The translations under genes were made by a program, and so were the position numbers. Positions 12,975 through 23,664 of a stretch of DNA of 64,000 bases are shown here, piece by piece; within the stretch, counting starts at the first letter, position 1; each line of letters starts with the position of its first letter. The notes under the pieces are model-generated. The model was not told the DNA's origin. It ran no database searches and saw only the letters and a program-made list of their open reading frames with translations. Source of the stretch: Selaginella moellendorffii (lineage: Eukaryota > Plantae > Lycopodiophyta); assembly GCF_000143415.4 (NCBI RefSeq), contig NW_003314298.1:372001-436000 (forward strand), given 5' to 3'.

Positions 12975-13446
12975 CTAGGATCTGGTGGATTCTCCCAGCA
13001 GCAAACTCTCAAAACTTGTAGGATCTGGCAAATTCGTACGCTGCCACCTCCAAACTTCTCGCTTGTCACGGGGAGATATCGTCGAAACGCATTGGACGTC
13101 ACACGAGTAGACGAGATTGCTCGCCGCTTTTGCGATGGCCTTGATATCATCCTCCGCCACCACCAGGAAAACGTGTTTTATCGTCCGGGTCGAAGAGAGA
13201 CGCCGCTTTTCGTAATACCACACCTGCAAGTTGCTACCTTCTTAGCACCAATGCAATGCACGACTGCTGGAAACTCACTCTCGAAAGGAAACCAGTCGTA
13301 AGCTCCAGCCTCCAGCTCCTCCACAGAGCCTCCAGGAAACATTCTAGAGAAGAGGTCATAGAACTCGACGTTCCCGGACGGCAAGAAGGCCTTACCAAAG
13401 TCATCACCCAAACAAATCCTCTTGACTCCGCTGGGAATTTCGCAGA
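12975..13446 (-). pseudogene. 5'-deleted copy of the F-box gene
   Basis: Matches only the C-terminal part of 16858-18253. The junction at ~13446 fuses the equivalent of ~17338 to ~18381, removing the ATG and F-box. Confidence 0.85.
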
Positions 13447-13719
13447 GCCGACACGCGTGAGACGCTGCACAAAAGACTTCCTTTTTGCTGCCTACCTCTA
13501 CGACCGGGTGAAACGATTGTACGCGAACTTCCGGATGTTAGTATTACCTATGCATTCTAAGAGCTTGCAATCACACTGGGCCAGTAATCTCAGACTATGG
13601 ATGATTGAGCACTAGAGCTCCCTTGTAGACATTATAGCCTGGAGGAATCTATCTTGAAGCAATGGTGAGGCCTTTCCAGTCGTCGAAGGTAATTAAGCTA
13701 TTTTGCTTGCAAGCAGTAG

Positions 13720-14400
13720 TCTTGCATTGTAGAATCTGACAAGAGGTATGCTACAGTGTACTTGGTGATGGCTACGTGCCATAGGAGCATTGATGCCCAA
13801 GTGCAATCCCGTTGCAAAAGTTTCCAGCATCGGTGGAGCTGACTTTACAGACCTAGTGGAGATTTTAATCGAGCTCCCAGGAGCACCACATGGACAGGAA
13901 CTCTAACGCTGTAAAGCATGTCTACCTCAAGAGCTGCAGAGCTTGAGATTTCTCTCCACCCCGTATCGCTCCGGATATGACAGTATTCCACGAAACGATG
14001 CAAATATCGCCCTGGCATCAATCCAGCAGCCGTCGCAGTGAGAGAACATTGCGCATGCGACTGCGACAGTCGCTACAAACTAAGCGCCAACGATCCCGGA
14101 ATGAATGGCGCGCGGCTGCAATGGAGCATCTTGCAATCCCTCTGGAAAATGCCCGTTCTGGGCATATGCCGAGATGATGATGCTCCGGCTGAAAACATTC
14201 TTGCGCCCCAAAGCATCAAAAACTTGCCGCGCTTCCACCACGCTCCGGCATTTCCCATACATCTTGACCACCAAATTCTCCAGTAGGACCACGCCGCCGG
14301 CAAAGCCCTTGCAAGATTTGCTCATGAACCACCATCCTGCGCGCCTCAAAAGAAGGCCTGTCCACCCGGACAATTGACCAAGTGGACTGCTCAACGCATG
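13720..14400 (-). pseudogene. PPR (PLS-type) gene fragment
   Basis: LLENLVVKMYGKCRSVVEARQVFDALGRKNVFSRSIIISAYAQNGH is a typical PPR motif. Frameshifted. Confidence 0.8.
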
Positions 14401-16857
14401 GCAATTTAATATACTGAGCCACCTGAAATGAGATCACGTTAATCAGGGAGAAAAACGATCACAAGTTCCCAGTAGTTTCATAATCCTGCCAGCATTGTTG
14501 GTGAGAATAAAATACCCCGACCAAATCTAGAAACAGCAATCAGATTCCTTTGCTAGATCAACTGGACACACGGCTGCGTCCATAGCTCCAGCCTCCAAGC
14601 ATGCTTCCACCACTTCTCTTCACTCGTTATCTCATGGTGCCACCAGTACCAGCCCTGCACCATATCTTGCATTCTCGAGAGCTACGACCTGCAAAACCAA
14701 TGAAAAGGAGAAAGAAGTTGGCGTCCATTCGCGAAGAAAGAAAACAAGTAGGAGAAACTTATTTGAAGGGAGGGGCAGGCATCCTAGCGGGTAACACCAT
14801 CCCCCATCACTACTCTCAGCAATCCCTCGTAAAAGCATCTTCCACTTCGGGAATAGGCAACTCAAACCACTCACATACATAAGATCAAGAATTGTGGGAA
14901 AAGAACACCTTACCTCTGGGGAGACAAACAAGTTCCCCACAAGATAGTCACTGTCCGGGCTTTTTAAAGCGTGCCTTATTATTTTCTTCAATTGCGCACG
15001 GTCAATTTTTTCCCCATCAATTGGAACTCTGGAAAAGAGAATTCACTCGGTGAAATTAAAATACACAAAAAGAAAACTTACCTGCAAACGAGTCCTTGTC
15101 CGACTTCACCCTCACTTCAAGTTTTCCATATGCAAGACATAAACTGGAGTTTTGTGCCCCCGCGAACCGGTTCTTTGGCATCTCCTGTGACGTGTAACAG
15201 GCTCCTTGGAAGATTCCATTGTTCGCAACATCGTCATGGAACCAATTTCTTTTTACTCGGAGAACGAGCTTCTGCGGATCAAACTCTTGAAAGCTTCTCA
15301 ATGGTTCTTTTGTTCTCGGCCAAGATCGCTGAAACCGCACCTTCTGTCCATCACCAAGGTCCGGGGCGTTCTCTGCATTTCTTCATGACATTTTTATAAA
15401 CTTACATATATTTCTTGAGAACCCTGTAAGCCTGGATCATCCTGTTGAATCAGATTTTCACCTCCCATGTGCTCCGCCACGTTGAGGCTTGCGTGTTCAG
15501 TGGTGGTGGAAATAGCAGGGAGAGAGATCTTCTCCCGTTTTGTTCCAGATTCTCGCTCAAAATCGTCCTGGAGATCTAGCACTTGTGCGGTCTTCGTTGC
15601 TGTTGGTTGAATGAAGTCGCGAAGGCCAAAAAACAGTGAGGTATGAACCGAATGACCTTTACATTCCTCCCTAAAAAGGCTGTATAGCAAAAAATGTGGC
15701 ACATAGATATAGAATTGCTTAAGAAACCATTCGTGTTTTACAACTGAGCATCAAAAGCTCACGATCCATCAAACCTGTTGATGGTTTCTTGCTCCCCTTG
15801 TTCTCTGCATTTGAACTACTATTAAACTAGCCTTGATCTAAGATAGTTGGTAGAAAACTGTGATGCCTCTAGGCTCCAAGCTCCATATCACAAATTTAGA
15901 AGTTTTTTGCTTTAAAACAACATACTTTTTGGTCTAGGGATCATCGTCATCTCTTGGCTATTCTTTAATAGTGTTTATTTCTTCGTTTTTTTTCCATAGT
16001 CACATTTTTCTTTAAGTCTTTTTTGTCTAGTCTATTCTTTTTGAAAATTTGTTATTATTTTTGTATGCTATGAGCTTTACTCAAAAAGAAAAAGGTTTTT
16101 GAAATCTACATTCAAGCTAATGCAACAACTTAGGGTGTTGATGAAAATCCTATCCCTCAAGGATCAACTTTGTGTTTTTCATGCCCTGAAGTACTATATA
16201 GTACATAAAGACAAATTGGCCAACCCAATTTAATGAAGTCACAAAGCTTGAGAATTGCTGCATATGCTTCCTGGCAAAGGTGTTCAAAAGCTTATCAATC
16301 AGGTCTTGGATCATAGAAGTCGTTTGATCAAAATGGGAGCAAAGGATATGCCTATATCCACATTTGTTAACATAGCCTCACCCTTGAATACAAATACATG
16401 CAGCAGAACATGTCGAGAATAGTCATAGTCAGCAAGGATCAGATAAGAAAGCAATTCAAGCTGCCGAGGAGATCAATATCACAATCAGATCTGGAGAAAA
16501 AGGGACAAGTTATTCTGCAAGAGCTAGTGCTTTTGCTATTGGTCTAAATCTAGATGCCATATGAAATTCAAGAGGCAACTTGGTCCAAATCTAGATTCCA
16601 AGGGAATGTATATGAAATTCAAGAGGCAACACACTAATGCTGGCAATAAGGCTTTTACTTTTAAACCACAAGAGACCAAGTGCAAAGCTTTCACTTTGAA
16701 TAATGCAAGGAAAACTTTGGTCCAAAGTGCTGTGCTGGGGCATGCTTTGCCACTAATTTAGCCAGCATGCGATTATGTTACAATGTGGGATTTTGGCCGT
16801 TGGGATTAGGGTCGACGTGGCGCAATATTTGACATTGGAGCTTTCCTGTCAAAGTTT

Positions 16858-18253
16858 CTAGGATCTGGTGGATTCTCCCAGCAGCAAACTCTCAAAACTT
16901 GTAGGATCTGGCACATTCGTACGCTGCCACCTCCAAACTTCTCGGTTGTCACGGGGAGATATCATCGAAACGCATTGGACGCCACACGAGTAGACGAGAT
17001 TGCTGGCCGTTTTTGCAATGGCCTTGATATCATCCTCCGCCACCACCAGGAACACGTGTTTTATCGTCCAGGTCGAAGGCTGTACTGAGAGACGCCGCTC
17101 TTCGTCATACCACACCTGCAAGGTGCTGGTGGTTAACCTTCTTAGCACCAATCCAATGCACCAGTGCTGGAAAACTCACCCTCGAAAGGACACCAGTCGT
17201 GAGCTCCAGCTCCTCCACAGAGCCTCCGGGGAACATTGTCGAGAAGAGGCTGTAGAACTCGAGCTTCCCGGACTTCGAGAAAGTCTGACCAAAGTCATCA
17301 CCCAAACAAATCCTCTTGACTCCGCTGGGAATTTCGCGAAGTCGATACCACTCCCAGTGAAGTCCGCGTAGAGCCAGCTCCACTTGCGTAGAGCAATTGT
17401 TTCCTAGCTGAAGCATGATATTCGGCCACAGCACCACCCGCTTGAGACAAGCTGCCGAGTCTACCACCACCTTTCGCGTGTCCATGGCCTCAAGTTTTGC
17501 TATCCCCGGCGCCACCACCACCACCTTGCTCGTCAGATCTGCTCGGACATGAAGAACAAAGTTTCGCAAGCTCGCAGGAACCTCGAGGATGAAGGCGCTG
17601 TGGCGGCCTTCCACGACAAGCTTGATGATTTCGAGCTTTGGGCAGAGCTCCAGAAACTTTTCCAACCCTTTGTGCTGCATCCGCGGTGCCGCCGTGTAGC
17701 TCACGCCCATCGCCAGCGTGTGGAGCTTGCTTAAGACAACGCCGCGAGCCTCGGAAGTAAACTCGTCACTTTCCGGTGCCAAGCACCTGATCTTGAGTGA
17801 TTCGAGGTTGATGCAGCTGGAGATGCGCTCCAAGACTTGGAAGTTCACGGGACCGGCGCCGATGTCCAACTCTCGCAGCGAGCTTGCCATGTTGATCCAG
17901 GCGGAGTCTGTTAGCTTGGAAGCTTGCAATGCCTTGTGGACGCTGTGGAGCTTGAGAGTGTGGACCTCTTGGAGACGAGATATCAGCGCGGAGATGGATG
18001 CTTGGATGCAGTCGCAGTGCAAGAGCTCTCGCTTGTGCTTGCTGCAGAGCTTTGCTTCTAGCCCAGGAAGCGGCCAGAAGATGTTAAGTCGCTGAAAGCA
18101 GCGCCTCGAAGTGTTGCTCCTCCACGACTTACAAACTCCAGACAATGCCAGGAACGGCACCAAGCTCCGCTTGAAGCTCCCGTTGCAGCTCAGCTCGAAG
18201 ATCTTGTAGAAAATGTCGAGCGGCAGATCTGACCAGCCGTTTCCCCTCCTCAC
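16858..18253 (-). CDS. F-box/LRR-like protein, frame-disrupted at ~17117-17138 (possible pseudogene)
   Basis: F-box WSDLPLDIFYKIF..LSGVCKSWR followed by RNI-like Leu-rich repeats. The C-terminus continues in another frame (16858-17151). The ORF opens on GTG with no clear ATG. Confidence 0.65.
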
Positions 18254-18899
18254 ACACGGGGACTCCTGAAGTAACGGTGGGCTTCATTTGAAGAAAAAAA
18301 GAGCTTACCATTCAGACAAATGGGCCTAGAGTGGAACAATCCTTGAGTGTTTGGTAGAGGCTGGGCGCCTGTAGCCAGGACGCCGACACGCGTGAGACGC
18401 CGCACAAAAGACTTCCGACCGGGTGGAACGATTGTACACGAAGTGCCGGATGTTCGTATTACCCCATCCAGCACCCTACTCTCTTTCAACCCTAAAGAAC
18501 ACATTCGAGCGTGTTTGCAAGGAAGAGCATCCTCTCAGAAACTGCAGATTTGTAGACTGCAAAGTCAATCCACTCCCCGAGCAGAAGGCAAGCTCTTTGA
18601 TTAGTTTCTATAACAAGGGACATGGACTTTTAGTGTGATTTTTAGGTGGCAGTGTGCTGTGGAGATGGCATTGGAGGATCCGGTTCTTCTCTCAAACTCG
18701 ATAGACTCGATCTGGGATACACTCCCTTTGTGTTTTCCCGATAGAAGAAAGTATGCAAGTTAGGGATTACAAACAAAGCAATCAGTTTTGTTTCACTCAC
18801 ACAAGAGATTTGTGGTTTGTTGATACATCATGTTTTTATACATTCTAAGAGCTGGCCACCGGCAGACTACAAATGATTGAGCATTACAGCCACCTAGTA

Positions 18900-19600
18900 T
18901 CTTGCTTGCAAGCAGAAAATGGAGAAATGTGGAAGTAATAGTAGGCTTGCGTTATAAGATCTGACAAGAGGGATGCTACAGTGTCCTTGGTGATGGCCAC
19001 GCGCTGTAGGAGCATTGATGCCCAAGTCGCAATCCCGTTGCAAAAGTTTCCATCATCTCCAGCGGAGAGTTGCATTTGACAGACCTAGTGGAGATTTTAA
19101 TTGAGCTCCCAGGAGCATGGACAGGAAGTCTAATGCTGTCACAGCCCCTTCACTCCTCGGCCAACCGTGCCCACCCCAGTTTTTTCTTAAAGCATGTCTA
19201 CCTCAAGAGCTGAGATTTCTCTCCACCCCATATCACTCTGCAAAAATCGCCCTGGCATCAATCCACCAGCAGCGAGAGAACATTGCGCAAACTAATGCCT
19301 GCAATGGAACCTCGGAGCAGGCCACGAAAACGCTGCTGAAGCTGAAGAAATTGGGCTGCATGCCTTCCAAATCCATGGCCTGGAAGAGTTGCAATGCCTC
19401 TCAAAAATGCCCATTCTGGGCATATGCCGAGATCATGATGCTCCAGCTGAAAACATTCTTGCGCAACGCTTCAGCATTTCCCATACATCTCCACCATCAA
19501 ATTCTCCGGTAGTGCCACGCCGCCAGCAAAGCCCTTGCAAGATTTGCGCATGAACCACCCTCCTGCTCAAAAGTCCACCTGGACAATTTACCAAGTGGAC
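18900..19600 (-). pseudogene. PPR gene fragment (paralogue of 13720-14400)
   Basis: Minus strand gives ENLMVEMYGKC*..RKNVFSWSIMISAYAQNGHF*EALQLFQAMDLEGMQPN, with stops. Confidence 0.8.
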
Positions 19601-21039
19601 ATATAATGAGCCACCTATCAGGGAGAAAGTACCATCGAAAGAAAAAAAATTCTGGAGTTTTGTCCATCACAAGTTCTCAGTAGTTTCATAATCCTGCCAG
19701 CATTGTTGATGAGAATCTAGGAAAACAAAATACCTCGACGAAATCTAGAAACAGCAATCAGATTCCTTTGGTAGATTAGCGGCTGCGTCTATAGCTCCAG
19801 CCTCCAACCATGCTTCCGCCACTTCTCTTCACTCGTTCTCAGTTCGACTTCACCATTTTTTGTTGCGATGAGTCCTCTCACTTCATGTTTTCCGTATGCC
19901 CACATACCCAAGACATAAATTGGAGTTTTGTGGCCCCCGCGAACAGGTTCTTTGGCATCTCCTGTGACGTGTAACAGGCTCCTTGGAAGATTCCATTGTT
20001 CGCAGCATCGTCATGGAACCATTTTCTTTTTACTCGGAGAACGAGCTTCTGCGGATCAAACTCTTGAAAGCTTGTCAATCATTCTTTTGTTCTGATCCTC
20101 CACATAGAATCCAAGATCGGGCCAAGATCGCTGAAACCGCAACCCGTCTGTCCATTACCAAGGTCCGGGGCGTTCTCTGCATGTCAGAGTAAAACTTATA
20201 TACCTGCATTCTCATGTTTCTGAGAGTCTTGAGAACCCGTAAGCCTTCAATAAAATTTTAGTATTTGTTGTTAATTTGAGTTGTAATTTTTAATTATTTG
20301 TTATTCTAGTAATAAATCTAATCTAGTTACATACATCCTCTTGAATCAGATTTTCACCTCCCATGTGCTCCGAAATGTTGAGGCCTGCGTGTTCAGTGGT
20401 GGAAATAGCAATATTCCCCCGTTTGGTTCCATATTCTCGCTCAAAATCATCCTGGAGATCTAGAACTTCTGCGATCTTCGTTGCTGTTGGTTGAAGGAAG
20501 TCTCAAAAAAACAATGAAGTATGAATCAGATGACCTTTACATTCCAGTTTTTCTAGAACAGGTGCAGTTTTATTTATGAATTTTGACAAGGGTGTTTTTT
20601 TTAGGTTTTTTATATGATCTTTCATAAAGGTATTCTTATGGTTTTTTTGTTGATCATTGTCTTTTTATTTCAGATTTTTTTTTTTGCCTAATTGGCAACC
20701 AATTCAATGGGTTCATCGTGTTTTTTTTTACACCTTTAAACTCTCTCTTTTTTTTTTTTTTGTTTATAGTCACAATGAAATTTCTCAAACCTGCATACAT
20801 CTCCTTCACTGTGAGAACACCCATGGCTATCATCGCCAATTTCTATTGCTTGAGGAGCTCTCACTTCTCTGCATTAGTGGCCGTTGTAGTGAAGTTTTGC
20901 AGATTGGTTATCTCCTTAAGTCGTTTGTTTGTATGGCAGAGGTGGCAAATAATCTAATGCGTCATAAATGTCTTGAAGTGGAAGAGTCAAACAGGGAATA
21001 AAATAAAGAGAACCAAAAGAACATATTGAAGAAGCTAAG

Positions 21040-21475
21040 ACCACCTTCTTATGCTTGTAGGCCTTAAACGCCTCAGACTTAGCCATGGAGAACTCCCCCA
21101 TGGTTGTGGCTATGCAAGACTCAGACTTGGCTGTGGAAAACTCTGCCTTCTGCTTGAAGGCCATGGCTGTGAAAACCTGGATTTGCCCATGGAGGACTCT
21201 GCTTTATGCTTGAAGACTCTGGCCGTCTAGAACTCAAACTCGCCCATGGAGAACTCTACCTTGACCGTGATGGCTGTGGAGGCTATGCAAGACTTGGACT
21301 TGGCTGTGGACAACTCCACATTGGCTACTGAGACTTTTCTTGAGACCATATATTAAAGATCTAAAATTATGAACCTAGCCTGTGCAGGACTCAGACTTGG
21401 ACTTGGGCCATGCATAATTCTGCCTTCTGTTAAATGGCCCATGGCTGTTGAAGACTCTGCTTGAGACCATATATA
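21040..21475. repeat. Degenerate tandem repeat array within AT-rich, probably TE-derived DNA
   Basis: Recurring units GACTCAGACTTGGCTGTGG, CCATGGAGAACTC and CTCTGCCTTCTG. TTGAGACCATATA...TCTAAA occurs twice. Confidence 0.65.
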
Positions 21476-23245
21476 TTTTAAAAATCTAAAGTTATTACCT
21501 AGTCTAGAGATAGTCAATGAGCTATGCTAAATCTGGCAAAAAAGCTTTTAATACCAAAAAAGTATTGAGTGACTACCTAGTACTTATGATTTAAGTTATT
21601 TACAGATAGTTAGAAAGCTATATAGTTCATAATCTTTCCCATGAACTTTAAAATCAACATTGCAGCTCAAGGTTTCAAAGTTTCAAAGGTTCTCCTTTGG
21701 ATTTACCACAACAAAGAGTTTCAACAGTTTTCCAACCTAGATGAGTTCTAAGTCCTTGTTTTATTTCTATCGTTTCTCTAATTGAACCGATAAGTGTTTA
21801 TCTATTGAAAATGATGTAACAACATCATTATAAGAAGCAATATATTTGCAAATTTGGATCCCATCCAACATCAAGATCCTTATCATGGTTAAGAAAAATT
21901 TATAGTGTTGTCTACATTAACAAATAATTAGCAACTCCCAAAATGCATCAAGATCTATATAAACAAACTGGCACACCATATTTCCATGAGTTTAGCAAAC
22001 TAAAATACTTGAAACAGAGCTCTTTGTTTGGAAAATTAATCAAACGTATTTTATGATAGAGAGGTAGTCAAAGTGTAGCAAACCTCATTGCAATACAAGC
22101 ACCTTGTGAAATTCTTGGCACAATTAGTATGACAATAACAATAAATCCACCATTTTAACTCTCTGGCAATTGGATAAAGCATATAATGTAGTTGGAATTT
22201 CAATTGTATAAAGCATAATTTTGTCGTTCCCTCCAAAAACCAAAGTAAGCATTACTTGCTGATTATGGTTTGAAACATTGGCATCAAATCATATTTGTTG
22301 TAACTTCAGCAACGTGTATTACATTTTTTGTTGTTCAATAATAACTCTACATTTCAAACTCAATGGCATCATTTCAGAACTCAACTTCCTCATAAGCTCC
22401 AAAAATTGTTGTTCTAGACCCAAATCTTCATTCTCTAAAACCTCACTAAACTCATGCTCTTATGGCTCTCCTACCCTTTGAATTTAAGTCTTCCTAGATG
22501 AGCTACGAAGGGAAATCAACTGGAACATCTACATTTTCGCATCATGGACCCTTGTGCTACTAGAAAACTGCTTTACACAAGCATCCAAGAAACACCACAT
22601 TGAACTCTCTAAATGCTCTTGCTGCTCACTCACTGGCCAAATGGACAAAAAGAAAAAAAAACTTTCACTTGCAACAGCACTAAGAACCAAAATGTGGGAA
22701 GGCTGGGCACATCAAGTTTGAGGCTGATAATGGAGCAAGTGATCTTATCATCCAACCAAGAGTCAGGGCCAGGCTGGGAAAAATCCTTACTAAAACGCCA
22801 GTTCAGAATTTCATTAAAATTCTTCTATCTTGGGCAGTGTTCTTCCAACGGTGACTCAGTCCAACACAAAGTGTGTAGAGCTTGCTCAAGACAATGCCTG
22901 AAGCTTGGTAGTCACATCAAAACTTAACTCTATCCTTGGGAGCTCGAGCTTAGGAATGATTTTGCCAAGCCTTAAATGCAGCTCGAGATTGCCAGTGGCA
23001 AACTTGGCCTTAGTCGACAAATTCAAACCAGCCTCAGTAAAACGAAGACTTCACAAAGTTCTTCCCTCTTCTGATTGAGTACTATTCCTTGCGATTCCAC
23101 TGCTAAGTCCAAGAAGTTTGCAATGGAAATATGCATGATAAGCGCAATATTTGAAAAGCCAGCAAAGCAGAGACCTAACATTTTCTTTTTATTTTGTCGA
23201 GTCCTATTCTTATGAAATATCTCTTCCAATTTCTCCAGAATTCTA

Positions 23246-23603
23246 ATGGCCTGGAAGGTAAACGCTACACAATTCTCCATCAATACTCCCCAAGTTTAAT
23301 TTCTTCTTGCTGCCAAGGTTGTGCTCAAGATAGACACCTGTGACAAGTGCAAAGACGAAATCATCGCTGAGATCTACCACAACGTCTCAGGTACACAGCC
23401 TCTCTCTTCTTTTGTGATGATTGATCCTTTACTATTCAGGTATCAAGAAATTGGAAGCGATCGATCCCTTGTATGTCTTCACTGGAGAGTTCAAGGTAGA
23501 CGATGTCCTCGCAGTCACTGAGAGGAAGAAGATGGAGATCACGGTGTTGGCAATCACGGAAGTTCCCAAGCACCCCAAAGACTGTTTATGCAATTCTCCC
23601 TAG
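23246..23603 (+). CDS. Small heavy-metal-associated (HMA)-domain-like protein (exons 23246-23257, 23318-23390, 23440-23603)
   Basis: Two GT-AG introns give MAWKVVLKIDTCDKCKDEIIAEIYHNVSGIKKLEAID..FTGEFKVDDVL.. with a CxxC motif after the first beta-strand. Confidence 0.65.
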
Positions 23604-23664
23604 TTTATGATCAGTCAATGATGCTGGCGAATGTTCGTTGACTCTAGTCACTTATAGTTCCAGA

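Larger units (their letters stand above)
12863..15680. repeat. Segmental duplication copy A (paralogue of 16795-20545)
   Basis: Long colinear near-identical blocks, e.g. 12947-13445 vs 16829-17338, 13730-14400 vs 18950-19600, 15130-15380 vs 19910-20180. Confidence 0.9.
16795..20545. repeat. Segmental duplication copy B
   Basis: Same order of F-box, PPR relic and unidentified spliced relic as copy A, with the same left-boundary motif. Confidence 0.9.

Noticed and set aside
15700-16790. AT-rich spacer (and 21500-22500) as a named transposase
   Set aside because: It looks TE-derived, but I could not identify catalytic motifs or termini.
21040-21475. Repeat array as a CRISPR-like locus
   Set aside because: Units are degenerate with no unique constant-length spacers, there are no cas genes, and the context is eukaryotic.
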